Position numbers and translations under genes: made by a program. A stretch of 64,000 bases of DNA from Gammaproteobacteria bacterium (GTDB taxonomy: Bacteria > Pseudomonadota > Gammaproteobacteria > CBDBNL01 > JAAOII01), in the NCBI GenBank assembly GCA_965209035.1, contig OZ242372.1:352001-416000 (forward strand), given 5' to 3'. Of this stretch, positions 9,461-19,696 are shown piece after piece; the first letter of the stretch is position 1, and the number at the start of each line of letters is the position of its first letter. The notes beneath the pieces were generated by a model, which saw only the letters and a program-made list of their open reading frames with translations, was not told the origin of the DNA and did no database searches.

Positions 9461-11080
9461 ATGACAAAAGATAGCGTAAGTTCATTCAGCCTGCCGGAGA
9501 TCCGGGATTTTCTTAATAATACTGAGATGGTGTCCGCTACCCGAGCTCTTTATGGGGAGGGTCGACGGGCTTTTGATGTGCAAGAAGTTCGGGTGTTTAT
9601 TGAACATACTAAGGTGGCTTCCAATGCTTGCAAACTTTATAATGGGGGACGCAATCCGGGATATGACACGAATGCAATTCACGACTTCCTTGAAACATCA
9701 GAGGCTGTCATTGCAGCAAGGGAATCCTATACCCGGCAATCGGCTGCCTTTGGTTTTGATGTTAAGCCTGCCTTGTCTCTTGTTGATACTGAACTTGCCG
9801 CAACGGCGAGTGACTGTTATCAAAAATTAAGTGTGAATAGACCGGAACCCTACTTCAATTTTTTTAAAATTATCAAACGACATTATTGGGAAAACATGCA
9901 CAGTGATATTCTTGCGGAGTTTTTAGATCCGCGAGGTTCTCACGGACAGGAAAATATGTTTCTCCAAGAATTCATTCAAGTTCTTAAGAAGTTTGACAAG
10001 TCTGGGAAAATCCATCCGGAGGACTTTGAAGATGCCGAAGTCCAAAGAGAAAAACACCGTATAGATATTACGATCCACAGTTTGAGTAGTGATAAGACGA
10101 TTGTCATAGAAAATAAAATCAACTATGCCGTAGATCAGCCGGAACAACTGGGAGGGTATTTTAAGACCCTGAAAGAACAAGAAAGGGATACTGTGGCGAT
10201 GGTTTACTTAACTCCTGATGGGACAAAAAAACCCGAGGAACACAGTTACGGAAAAAGCAAAAAACTTATAGAGGAAGTGTTTATTAACTTACCCGCCCAT
10301 AATCATCAAAATGAAAGTGGAAATGACAGTGGGCGAAGTGTGGTTGCATGGCTGAAAACATGCCAAAATAAAATAAAGGAACGCAAGGATTTAAATGAAC
10401 CCGAGGATTCAAATGACCACCAGAATCTATCGGTTTTTCTGAAACAATATATTAAACTAATAGAAGTAGATACTATGAGCCAAGAACAAATGAAGGAGTT
10501 TTATCAACTCCTGTGCGAGAACGAGGAGCATTATAAAAAAGCACTCTCTGTAATGATGATGATGACCAAGGTCAGAAGATATCTTGTCGTAAAAATATTC
10601 AACGAATTGCGATTTGATGACACACATTCATCCGATTTATTTGATATCAGGGAAGTTAATCATGATACTGAAGAACCGGCCAAGGATGAAAATGCCCAAG
10701 AACATCTCATAAAAAATTTTATGGGCGGATATTTCTATTTTGAAAACATTGGTGGCATTGAATGTAATATGGATGTATTCCCGCGTTTGACCAAAGATAA
10801 ATTCGATTGCAGCATTCACATACATAGTTGGAAAATAGATCTTAATGAAATACATGATTTATATAACAAACTCAAAAAATTGAATTCTAATTGGGAGAAA
10901 GATGCACATCCCACGCACGGAGTATGCTTATATTACAAACCAAACAACAAAAACCTACCCCTCATGAGTGAAGACGACATCAAACATTGCGTTGAAGAAC
11001 TCGGCAAAATTACGGATAACCTAAACGAAGTTTTAACAGAAATCAAAAAAGAAAATGAACAAGAAAATCAAAACAATTAA
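9461..11080 (+). CDS. PD-(D/E)XK nuclease family protein (PDDEXK_4-like)
   Basis: ENMHSDILAEFLDP.GSHG..FL, RIDI...IVIENKI.A.DQ..QL..Y. Confidence 0.85.
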   Translation: MTKDSVSSFSLPEIRDFLNNTEMVSATRALYGEGRRAFDVQEVRVFIEHTKVASNACKLYNGGRNPGYDTNAIHDFLETSEAVIAARESYTRQSAAFGFDVKPALSLVDTELAATASDCYQKLSVNRPEPYFNFFKIIKRHYWENMHSDILAEFLDPRGSHGQENMFLQEFIQVLKKFDKSGKIHPEDFEDAEVQREKHRIDITIHSLSSDKTIVIENKINYAVDQPEQLGGYFKTLKEQERDTVAMVYLTPDGTKKPEEHSYGKSKKLIEEVFINLPAHNHQNESGNDSGRSVVAWLKTCQNKIKERKDLNEPEDSNDHQNLSVFLKQYIKLIEVDTMSQEQMKEFYQLLCENEEHYKKALSVMMMMTKVRRYLVVKIFNELRFDDTHSSDLFDIREVNHDTEEPAKDENAQEHLIKNFMGGYFYFENIGGIECNMDVFPRLTKDKFDCSIHIHSWKIDLNEIHDLYNKLKKLNSNWEKDAHPTHGVCLYYKPNNKNLPLMSEDDIKHCVEELGKITDNLNEVLTEIKKENEQENQNN

Positions 11081-12506
11081 AAAAATCAATCCGTTTGACA
11101 AGCAGATCACGGATATTGCGGACTATGTGATTAAGTATGATGTCAGCAAGCACAAACTTGCGCTGGACACGGCACACTATTGCCTGATGGACAGCATGGC
11201 TTGTGCGATGCTCGCCCTCGCCTATCCCGCTTGCACCAAGATGCTGGGACCTGTTGTGCCGGGTGCCACTTTACCGGGCGGGGCGCGGGTGCCCGGAACT
11301 TCCCATGAATTGGATCCGGTTCAGGCGGCATTTAATATTGGCAGTTTAATTCGCTGGCTGGATTACAACGATACTTGGCTGGCTGCGGAATGGGGACATC
11401 CTTCGGACAATCTGGGCGGCATTCTGGCTGTGGCAGACTACATCAGCCGCAACAACCGGCGGAACGGGCTCCCTCCTCTGCGGATGCGGGCGGTGCTGGA
11501 GGCGGCGGTGAAGGCGCATGAAATTCAGGGGATTTTGGCGTTGGAAAATGCGTTCAACCGGGTCGGGCTGGATCATGTTCTGCTGGTGCGTATTGCCACC
11601 TGCGCGGTGGTCACCCGCCTGCTGGGCGGCAATCGGCTGGAGGTTCTCAATGCGGTTTCCAATGCCTGGTTGGACGGATGTGCCTTGCGCACTTACCGGC
11701 ATGCGCCGAATGCGGGTTCGCGTAAGAGTTGGGCGGCCGGCGATGCGACAGCTCGGGCGGTGCGTTTGGCACTCATCGCTTTGAGCGGTGAGATGGGTTA
11801 TCCAAGTGTGCTCAGCACGCCCGTTTGGGGCTTTGAGGATGCGCTGATGCGCGGCAATCGGATTAAACGCAAGGTTCCGTATAAGGGCTATGTGATGGAA
11901 AATATTCTGTTTAAGATTTCCTTTCCGGCGGAGTTTCACGCGCAAACGGCGGTGGAAGCGGGAGTGACCTTGCATCCGCAGGTTGCGCCGCGCTCGGGCG
12001 ACATTAAAAAAATTGTCATTCAAACGCAGGAAGCAGGCAAACGCATCATTGACAAGAAGGGTCCGTTGGATAATCCGGCGGACAGGGATCACTGCATTCA
12101 ATATATGACGGCGGTGGCATTACTAAAAGGAAATTTAACTGCGGACGATTACGAAGATCGGGCGGCGGCAAACCCGGAAATTGACCGGTTGCGTTCTGTG
12201 ATGGAGGTGAGCGAGAATCCCGTATTCACCAAAGAATATTTTGACAATAACAAACGGGCGATTGGCAATTCGGTTCAGGTCTTCTTCAAAGACGGTACCA
12301 AAACCAAACTCGTGCGGGTGGACTATCCGATCGGTCATAGACTAAGACGCAAAGAAGGCATACCGGTTTTGAAACGCAAGTTCTCGGATGCGATTGCTAC
12401 GCGTATCTCGGCAAAAAACTGTGCCTTGCTGGAAGATGTTTGTGCCAAGCGCAGTCTGTTGGAAAAGATGCCTGTGGATGAGTTTCTTGATCTTTGGGCT
12501 GTTTAG
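11055..12506 (+). CDS. prpD: 2-methylcitrate dehydratase
   Basis: RWLDYNDTWLAAEWGHPSDN, NRVGLDHV, SRKSWAAGDA, KISFPAEFHAQTA and ADRDHC. Confidence 0.96.
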   Translation: MNKKIKTIKKINPFDKQITDIADYVIKYDVSKHKLALDTAHYCLMDSMACAMLALAYPACTKMLGPVVPGATLPGGARVPGTSHELDPVQAAFNIGSLIRWLDYNDTWLAAEWGHPSDNLGGILAVADYISRNNRRNGLPPLRMRAVLEAAVKAHEIQGILALENAFNRVGLDHVLLVRIATCAVVTRLLGGNRLEVLNAVSNAWLDGCALRTYRHAPNAGSRKSWAAGDATARAVRLALIALSGEMGYPSVLSTPVWGFEDALMRGNRIKRKVPYKGYVMENILFKISFPAEFHAQTAVEAGVTLHPQVAPRSGDIKKIVIQTQEAGKRIIDKKGPLDNPADRDHCIQYMTAVALLKGNLTADDYEDRAAANPEIDRLRSVMEVSENPVFTKEYFDNNKRAIGNSVQVFFKDGTKTKLVRVDYPIGHRLRRKEGIPVLKRKFSDAIATRISAKNCALLEDVCAKRSLLEKMPVDEFLDLWAV

Positions 12507-12754
12507 CTGTTTAACTGTTTAACTGTTTAACCCGCCTCCTAATCTACCACCTCCCCCCCCATTATTGCCCCGCCTTTTTATCTCGCGTCATGTTGTTTGT
12601 GTTGTCTGTGCCGACTGTGTTGCCCGCCAAAAAGGGACGGCAACATAACAGCAATTAACGATAATTAAAGACAATAGCGGACGGACGGACGCACCCTGAA
12701 CACAACGCAAGGCAAGGATGATGCCAGAATGTCGGCACGCTCCCCAAAACCCCC

Positions 12755-12915
12755 GAAAAACATCCCTGAAAAGTGTCCCTGAAAAGCGTCCCCGAAAAGC
12801 ATCCCTGAAAAGCATCCCTGAAAAGCATCCCTGAAAAGCATCCCCGAAAAGCATCCCTGAAAAGCGTCCCTGAAAAGCGTCCCTGAAAAGCATCCCCGAA
12901 AAGCGTCCCGAAAAA
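12755..12915. repeat. 13-bp tandem repeat GAAAAGCRTCCCY, 12 copies
   Basis: Directly visible; ends about 15 bp before the TRAP substrate-binding gene. Confidence 0.95.
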
Positions 12916-12929
12916 CCAAAAACTAAAAA

Positions 12930-14018
12930 ATGAACTCCTTGATTGAATCTCTTACAAGATTAACCCAAAGATCTTTACTCCGCAAGCCCTTGCCCTCATT
13001 GCCCTATTCGGCAGTTGCAATTCTGGCAGGAATTATGATCGCAAACCCTGTTTTTGCGGAACAGAAATGGAAACTGCGTGTGCATCATTTTCTCAGCACG
13101 AGTTCTGTCACACACAAGTTGCTTCTGGTTCCTTGGGCTAGATCCCTGGAAAGGGATTCGGGCGGACGCCTGGAAGTTGTCATTTATCCGTCAATGCAGT
13201 TGGGGGGGGCTCCGCCGCAACTTTACGATCAGGCGGTTCGGGGTCTGGCGGATGTGGTCTGGACTCTGCCCGGTTATACCGCCGGCAGGTTCCCCAAAAT
13301 GGAAGTGTTTGAATTGCCGTTTATGGCAAGTTCGGGCGAGGCGACCAGTCAGGCGGCCTATGATTTTTATCGCCGCCAGGCCCGGGACGAATTCAAAGAT
13401 ACGCATGTTTTGACTGTGCATGCCCACAGACCCGGCCAAATGCATATGAAAAACAGACCGATTCGCCGACTGGAAGATCTGCGCGGGACGCGCATTCGCG
13501 CACCCGGCAGAATGAGTAATCTCTTTTTGAAGGAGTTGGGGGCTGTGCCGGTTGGCATGCCTGTGCCGTCTTTGCCGGATGCAATTGCCAAGGGTGTGGT
13601 GGATGGCGCCTTAATTCCCTATGAGGTTGCCCTGCCCTTGCGGCTGCATGAATTGACAAACTCGCATACGGATGTTCGCGGGACGCGCGGCCTCTATACC
13701 GCTGTTTTTCTGCTCACGATGAATCGGGCAACCTACGAAAAACTACCGGCAGATCTGCGCGGGTTGATTGATACCCATTCCGGTTTGGCACTCGCCAAGC
13801 GTGCCGGTCGGCTTTGGGATGAGGCGGATCCGCCCGTGATTGCAGCCGCCAAGGAACTCGGCGATGCCTTTTACTTTATTGAGGGGGAAGAATTAAAACG
13901 CTGGCAAGAGATCGGCAACAGAGTGACGCAGAAATGGATTGAAGAGTCAAGTAGAAAAGGAATAAACGGCGCGTCCCTTGTGGAAGAAGCAAGAAACCTG
14001 ATAAAGAAATACGAGTAA
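12930..14018 (+). CDS. TRAP transporter substrate-binding protein (DctP family)
   Basis: YPSMQLGG, GYTAGRFP, DLRGTRIR and KGVVDG; signal peptide ending VFA. Confidence 0.9.
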   Translation: MNSLIESLTRLTQRSLLRKPLPSLPYSAVAILAGIMIANPVFAEQKWKLRVHHFLSTSSVTHKLLLVPWARSLERDSGGRLEVVIYPSMQLGGAPPQLYDQAVRGLADVVWTLPGYTAGRFPKMEVFELPFMASSGEATSQAAYDFYRRQARDEFKDTHVLTVHAHRPGQMHMKNRPIRRLEDLRGTRIRAPGRMSNLFLKELGAVPVGMPVPSLPDAIAKGVVDGALIPYEVALPLRLHELTNSHTDVRGTRGLYTAVFLLTMNRATYEKLPADLRGLIDTHSGLALAKRAGRLWDEADPPVIAAAKELGDAFYFIEGEELKRWQEIGNRVTQKWIEESSRKGINGASLVEEARNLIKKYE

Positions 14019-14060
14019 CCCGGCCGGGCGAGGCCCGAGCCCGGCTTGAGAGTTTTGATG

Positions 14061-15320
14061 TTATCCGTCGGTTACCGGCTTGTCCGGGGACGCCACTTCT
14101 TCTTTCTCCCGGTAATGCTCGGACAGGTATTTAAGAAAAACCAACATCACCAGCATAATGACCGCGGCGGCGAGCATCGGATAAAAGATCAGAAAACTTT
14201 GACGCGCAAACAGAAAGCCAAAAAACATCGGTCCCAGAGACGCGCCCAGGGTCATTGAAGTAAAAAAATGACTGACGGTTTTTGCCGGAATTTGAAAGTC
14301 TGTTTCGCAATAAGCCAGAACACAGGGGAAACATACGGATAGCCCGGCACCCACGGCAATATTGACCAGCCACAGGGATGACAAGCTGGGACCGGTCAAA
14401 ATCAGATAAAGAACGCCGATAAAAACAATTGCCACATGCACGAGCATAATGCGGATGGCATCATAACGCATGGATAAGACCGCACCGAGTAATCGGAAAA
14501 CGGTAAACAAAAGCCAAAAAACAGAAGTAAAAAAGCCCGCTTGTGCGGCATTCATCAAACCGCTTTCTCGCATGAACGGAAAAATCCAGATACTATATCC
14601 CGCCTCTACGACAAGATAAAAGAAAACAAACAGATGAATGGCAATCAGCACTTGCCTTCTTTTTCCATAGGTATTGAATCCCATATCCGCATTCTCTGTC
14701 GGCTTGACGGCGGGTAAGCGAATAAAAAAGAGCGCACCAAAACCTATAAAAGCGAGAAAGGCAAAAAATGCATACGCATACTTGATATGTTGCAGATAAT
14801 GAATATTCCAGCCGACGAGAACAGGCGACAGGATTGCGCCTATGCCAAAACAAAAATGCATGATATTCATATAAAGAGCGGGGTTTTGTTTGTAGGTTTT
14901 GAGAAGTGTAACATTGGAGATGATTTCCAACATCCCCTGAGAAACGGCAAGCACAAAAAGAACACCGAAAAGAAGAATCACGGACGACATGAACCCCGCC
15001 AACAGGACGCACAGTGCATTAAAAAGTAACGCAATCAGAATGAGGCGGTGAACTGCGTTGCGTTCCACATAGTATCTGCAAACATAGACACCGGAAAGGA
15101 AGCCAAACGGCATAAAAATAAAGAGAAGATTAATCTTCTTAATAGAGACATCCGCCTGATTCGCAAGAGTGAGAAGCGAAGGACCAATCATACCGACACC
15201 CAAACCGACCAAAAAGATCAGATAAAAAAGCATACCGGTCAGGAAAATTCTTTCCCGGTTTGCCGCCAAGTTTTCCGCGAAGGATTTGGTGGCCTGCGGT
15301 GTTTGTGCCGATGTTTCCAT
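14061..15320 (-). CDS. MFS transporter (FucP/TsgA-like)
   Basis: About 12 hydrophobic segments, MNIMHFCFGIGAILSP and FW..FTVFRL; the ATG overlaps the trpS stop (TAATG). Confidence 0.8.
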   Translation of the reverse strand: METSAQTPQATKSFAENLAANRERIFLTGMLFYLIFLVGLGVGMIGPSLLTLANQADVSIKKINLLFIFMPFGFLSGVYVCRYYVERNAVHRLILIALLFNALCVLLAGFMSSVILLFGVLFVLAVSQGMLEIISNVTLLKTYKQNPALYMNIMHFCFGIGAILSPVLVGWNIHYLQHIKYAYAFFAFLAFIGFGALFFIRLPAVKPTENADMGFNTYGKRRQVLIAIHLFVFFYLVVEAGYSIWIFPFMRESGLMNAAQAGFFTSVFWLLFTVFRLLGAVLSMRYDAIRIMLVHVAIVFIGVLYLILTGPSLSSLWLVNIAVGAGLSVCFPCVLAYCETDFQIPAKTVSHFFTSMTLGASLGPMFFGFLFARQSFLIFYPMLAAAVIMLVMLVFLKYLSEHYREKEEVASPDKPVTDG

Positions 15321-16579
15321 TAGAGTTTCCTTGAAAGCCCCATCAAAGAGCGCACCTGACACATGGTCTTCTCGGCTTCTTCGGTCGCCTTGACGGCACC
15401 CTTGTTAAGAACCCTTAGCACCTCGCCCTTGTCGTTGAGATAGGTCTTCAATTTTTGCAAGAAGGGTCGTCGCTGTTCCACAACACTTTCGGTGAGGCGT
15501 TTCTTGCAATCCAGACAACCTATGGTCGCATTGCGACAGCCCGTGTCAACCCATTTCAAAGTTTCCGGTTCGGAGTAAACCTTGTGCCACTCCCAGACGG
15601 GACACTTCTCCGGATTCCCCTTGTCCGTTCGCCGCACACGAGCCGGGTCCGTCGGCATGATGCGTAATTTTTTGGCAATCGTATCCGGCTCGTCGCGCAA
15701 AAGAATGGTGTTTCCGTAGGACTTGGACATTTTGCGTCCGTCTAATCCGGGCATTTTGGCGGCCTCGCTAATCAGAGCCTGCGGGATCGGCATAATGAGT
15801 TTCCCGGTGTCATCCAGATAGCCCAGCAATATGAGTAGATCGTCTTCCTCATAACCGGCATCAATCAAATCTTTGCGCGCCGCCAGATATTCTTCGCGCT
15901 CTCCTTTTTCCAGATATGCGCGGCGACGGCTTTCCAACTTGTCTCTTTGTTCGGCCGGCATCTGTTTGAGTAATGTCTCGCGCCTTTTGATAGTTTGTTT
16001 GGAGTTCCCATACAGCCGATTGAACCTACGAGCAATCTCGCGCGTAATATCAACATGGGCACTCTGATCTTCCCCCACCGGCACCCAGGCGGCTCGGTAC
16101 AGCAAAATATCCGCACTCTGTAACAGAGGATAGCCCAGAAATCCATAAGTGGCAAGGTCTCGATCCTTGATGTTGGCGCGCTGCTCCTTGTAACTGGGTA
16201 TTCGCTCCAACCAGGAAAGAGGAGTAATCATTGAAAGTAAGAGATGCAACTCGGCGTGTTGAGGTAACTGCGACTGACGAAAAATGACGGATCGTTCGGG
16301 GTCCACCCCGGATGCCAGCCAATCGGTCACCATTTCCAGGGTGCTTGCCTGCACCACTTCCGGCGACTCATAGTGCGTGGTTAAGCCGTGCCAATCCGCC
16401 ACAAAGTAAAAACACTGATAGTTGTCTTGCAAGGCGATCCAATTTTTGAGGGCACCGAAGTAGTGTCCCAGATGCAGACTGCCGCTGGCGCGCATGCCGG
16501 ACAGGACACGCCGTTCGGCAAGGTAGCCGCCCGCTCCCGCTTGGCGGTGCCGGTGCTGTTTTTTCGGTGTTGTTGTCAC
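15320..16579 (-). CDS. trpS: Tryptophan--tRNA ligase (long form)
   Basis: SGMRASGSLHLGHY (HIGH), YPLLQSADIL, VPVGEDQ and KMSKS. Confidence 0.96.
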   Translation of the reverse strand: MTTTPKKQHRHRQAGAGGYLAERRVLSGMRASGSLHLGHYFGALKNWIALQDNYQCFYFVADWHGLTTHYESPEVVQASTLEMVTDWLASGVDPERSVIFRQSQLPQHAELHLLLSMITPLSWLERIPSYKEQRANIKDRDLATYGFLGYPLLQSADILLYRAAWVPVGEDQSAHVDITREIARRFNRLYGNSKQTIKRRETLLKQMPAEQRDKLESRRRAYLEKGEREEYLAARKDLIDAGYEEDDLLILLGYLDDTGKLIMPIPQALISEAAKMPGLDGRKMSKSYGNTILLRDEPDTIAKKLRIMPTDPARVRRTDKGNPEKCPVWEWHKVYSEPETLKWVDTGCRNATIGCLDCKKRLTESVVEQRRPFLQKLKTYLNDKGEVLRVLNKGAVKATEEAEKTMCQVRSLMGLSRKL

Positions 16580-16679
16580 AGGTGTCTTTTAATGTGTCTT
16601 ATATAAATGTATCTTATAGATATCTCCGGGTCTTACCGAAGGTGCGAAATGATGCACTCCAAAGATCTGCAGTTCGAAG

Positions 16680-17738
16680 TCATGCCGCCAAGATTTTTCG
16701 CAGTGCGCTCATGGTCGGCTTGATGAGGGCGGCATCCGGCACTTTCCCGCCAAGAACCTTGTCGGCATCCTTGAGTCCGTTACCGGTCAAAGTGCATACC
16801 ACCCGACTGCCCTTGGGAATAAAACCGGCTTTGATATCTTTTAGCATTCCCGCCAAAGAAACCGCCGATGAGGTTTCGCAAAAAATCCCTTCCGTTTCCG
16901 CAAGAATGCGGCGCATTTCTATGATCTCGCTGTCCGGGCAAGCCAGAAAGTGTCCGTCCGATTCGGTTACCGCCCTTTGTGCCCCGTCCCAAGATTGCGG
17001 ATTGCCAATACGAATTGCGGTGGCTTCGGTTTCCGGGTTTTGAACCGGTGCTCCCTTTAAGAATGGCGCAGCCCCGCTCGCCTGATAGCCACACATTACG
17101 GGCAGGGACCGGCTTCGGCCGGCATCACGATATTCCCGGTAGCCCATCCAATAGGCGCAGATGTTACCCGCATTTCCCACAGGCAGGCAGTGAAAATTCG
17201 GGGCATCTCCCAGAGTGTCTATAATCTCAAAAGATGCCGTTTTCTGTCCTTGCAATCTGTAAGGATTAACAGAATTGACCAAACTCACGGAAGATTCTCG
17301 CGCATATTCCTTGACGAGCGACATCGCATCGTCAAAATTGCCCTGAATTTGGACAAGATGCGCGCCATGCACGATTGCCTGTGCCAACTTGCCGGCGGCA
17401 ATCTTACCGGAAGGAATGAGAACATAGGACTTGATGCCGGCCCGGGCGGCATAGGCAGCCGCGGAAGCCGATGTGTTACCCGTGGAAGCACAGATAACCG
17501 CCTGTGTGCCTTCCCGCAGAGACTGGGTAACTGCCACCGTCATCCCTCTGTCCTTAAAAGATCCTGTGGGATTCAGCCCTTCAAACTTGGCATGGACTTC
17601 TATACCGGGCGCATATTTGGCGACAAAATTGTTGAGTTTGATCAGAGGAGTGTTCCCTTCGCCCAAACTGATCACCCGTCCTTCCGGGGGATCAAAGCGG
17701 AGAAACTCCTCATATTTATCGATGATACCTGTTCGCAT
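16680..17738 (-). CDS. thrC: Threonine synthase (short form)
   Basis: EGLNPTGSFKDRG, CASTGNTSASAAAY and PVGNAGN; start placed at MRTGII. Confidence 0.93.
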   Translation of the reverse strand: MRTGIIDKYEEFLRFDPPEGRVISLGEGNTPLIKLNNFVAKYAPGIEVHAKFEGLNPTGSFKDRGMTVAVTQSLREGTQAVICASTGNTSASAAAYAARAGIKSYVLIPSGKIAAGKLAQAIVHGAHLVQIQGNFDDAMSLVKEYARESSVSLVNSVNPYRLQGQKTASFEIIDTLGDAPNFHCLPVGNAGNICAYWMGYREYRDAGRSRSLPVMCGYQASGAAPFLKGAPVQNPETEATAIRIGNPQSWDGAQRAVTESDGHFLACPDSEIIEMRRILAETEGIFCETSSAVSLAGMLKDIKAGFIPKGSRVVCTLTGNGLKDADKVLGGKVPDAALIKPTMSALRKILAA

Positions 17739-17904
17739 TTGAATTAAAATTATAGGAATAACCGCCGGGATTTCAGGGGAGTACGGACACAAGATACGCA
17801 CAACCAAATAATTGGCAAGGGGTATCTCACTGCCGAACCGCTCTTTTTTACGGAGGTTTAAGATTATAATTTGAGTATGGCGATACTTTGCTTTAATCCG
17901 ACTT

Positions 17905-17964
17905 CACTTTCTATGACACTTTCTATGACACTTCCTGTGACACTTCCTGTGACACTTCCTGCGA
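17905..17964. repeat. 12-bp tandem repeat CACTTYCTRYGA, 5 copies
   Basis: Directly visible; ends 4 bp before the ATG at 17969. Confidence 0.9.
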
Positions 17965-17968
17965 CAAC

Positions 17969-18703
17969 ATGACACGCATAAAAACACTGGGCATTCTAAA
18001 GACGGGCGAGGTAAAACCCGAATGGCGGCACCAATTTGGTGATTATTCCGAGATGTTCAAAGAACTTTTCCGCAGCGTCATACCTCACCTTGAATTTGAG
18101 GTGTATGATGTTATGAAAGAAGAATATCCGCAGCCGTTGGACCGTTGTGACGGCTACATCATCACCGGCAGCCGCCATGGCGTTTACGAAGACTTTGAAT
18201 GGATTACGACACTCCTTGAACAAATCAATGCCCTGTCCGCGGCCGGTATTCCCCAGGCGGGGATTTGTTTCGGGCATCAGGCATTGGCAACGGCATTTGG
18301 CGGCAAGGTAAAAAAATCCCCCAAGGGCTGGGGTGTCGGGGTGCATGATTATCGGATCCGGGTGCCCGGCAACGGTTGGGAGCCCGGTGAGAGCTTCTCC
18401 ATTCTGGCAACCCATCAGGACCAAGCCATTGAGGCACCGAAGGACGCGGCGGTTCTGGCGGAAAGTGACTTCTGCCCGATTGCGGGTTTGGTCTCCGCCA
18501 AAAAGAAGTTCATCAGTTTTCAAGGACATCCCGAGTTCAGCAGGGAATTTCAAAATAAACTAATGGACTACCGCATCAAAGATATCGGCAAACCTGTGGT
18601 AGAAAAAGCAAGAATCAGTTTGAATAAAAAAACCGATGAGACCCGGATTGCCTCTTCCATACTGAGCTTCGTGGAACTGCACCAAAACAAGAGTTCCGCA
18701 TAG
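17969..18703 (+). CDS. Class I glutamine amidotransferase-like protein
   Basis: ITGS, GICFGHQ (catalytic Cys) and QGHPE (His-Glu). Confidence 0.9.
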   Translation: MTRIKTLGILKTGEVKPEWRHQFGDYSEMFKELFRSVIPHLEFEVYDVMKEEYPQPLDRCDGYIITGSRHGVYEDFEWITTLLEQINALSAAGIPQAGICFGHQALATAFGGKVKKSPKGWGVGVHDYRIRVPGNGWEPGESFSILATHQDQAIEAPKDAAVLAESDFCPIAGLVSAKKKFISFQGHPEFSREFQNKLMDYRIKDIGKPVVEKARISLNKKTDETRIASSILSFVELHQNKSSA

Positions 18704-18725
18704 GGCGCGGCGGACGAGTTGCGGG

Positions 18726-19667
18726 ATGGTGCACATCAAGAATCCTATTTTGCCGCAAGTCCGAATATGCTATGTGGTGGCTCTGCCGGCCGAAGCGCGT
18801 CCCCTGCTGGAAGCGGAAAAATGGACTCAAATCGCGGTGCGCCCTTTTCGTATTTATCGGACCGAACACAAAGCGATGATTATCAGCGGTATCGGCAGAA
18901 TTCGGGCGGCCGCGGCAACCGCGTACCTTGGGGGACGGGTCGCAGCCAAGAATATCCCGTGGATCAACTTTGGCATAGCGGGACATATGGACGCGCCTGT
19001 GGGAAAGGGGTTTTCGGTCAGTAAGATCACCGACAGACAAGAGCGCAAAAACTATTACCCGCTGCGGATTGCCACCAAAAACACCTCCGTATTGTCTTGC
19101 TTTGACCTTCCGCAAAAAGAATATCCGCCGAACACTCTGGCGGATATGGAGTCCGCGGGTTTCTTCCCGACCGCATCGCTCTTCACCTATCACGAACTCA
19201 TTCATCTGTATAAGGTTGTCTCGGACAATACGCGCCATGCCTTTCAAGCGGAAAAAGTTTGTAGTCTAGTCGGAGAACACCTGGAATCTTTGAACGAAAT
19301 CGGGCGGATAGCGGGAGGTCTGGCGGAACGACATCTGACACAAGGGAACCAAATGGAACAAGAGGTTGCCGACTGGTTGGACCGGGCGGCGGAAATCTGG
19401 CATATTGGCTTTACGGAACGCCACGCGCTTGCGGATGTTTTGCGTCAGTGGTTTGTTTTACGGTTTACCGGGAACAGCCAAAGCGGAAACGCCGAAGATG
19501 CCGGCATACCGACACCCGCCACTGACAAGGAATTAAACTCTCCGTTCGCTATGTTGGATGACAAGTGGCAACCGATTAAAGAAGTTGGCGACTTCATCGG
19601 AATATTAAAAACCGAATTGCGGTCGACAACTGCTCGGGCAACCGGTTCGACATCCGCGAAACCATAA
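18726..19667 (+). CDS. Nucleoside phosphorylase / MTA-SAH nucleosidase-like protein
   Basis: VALPAEA, SGIG, NFGIAG, DMESAGF and KVVSDN. Confidence 0.75.
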   Translation: MVHIKNPILPQVRICYVVALPAEARPLLEAEKWTQIAVRPFRIYRTEHKAMIISGIGRIRAAAATAYLGGRVAAKNIPWINFGIAGHMDAPVGKGFSVSKITDRQERKNYYPLRIATKNTSVLSCFDLPQKEYPPNTLADMESAGFFPTASLFTYHELIHLYKVVSDNTRHAFQAEKVCSLVGEHLESLNEIGRIAGGLAERHLTQGNQMEQEVADWLDRAAEIWHIGFTERHALADVLRQWFVLRFTGNSQSGNAEDAGIPTPATDKELNSPFAMLDDKWQPIKEVGDFIGILKTELRSTTARATGSTSAKP

Positions 19668-19696
19668 AAACAGAGACGGACAGGAAAGAACGATAA

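Noticed and set aside
12588-12919. ORFs 12588-12893 and 12665-12919, or a CRISPR at the 13-bp repeat
   Set aside because: The ORFs are by-products of a stop-free tandem repeat, and there are no spacers.
15800-16020. ~70-aa insertion in TrpS as a novelty
   Set aside because: Long-form TrpS of about 400 aa with this insertion is, to my knowledge, common in beta- and gammaproteobacteria.
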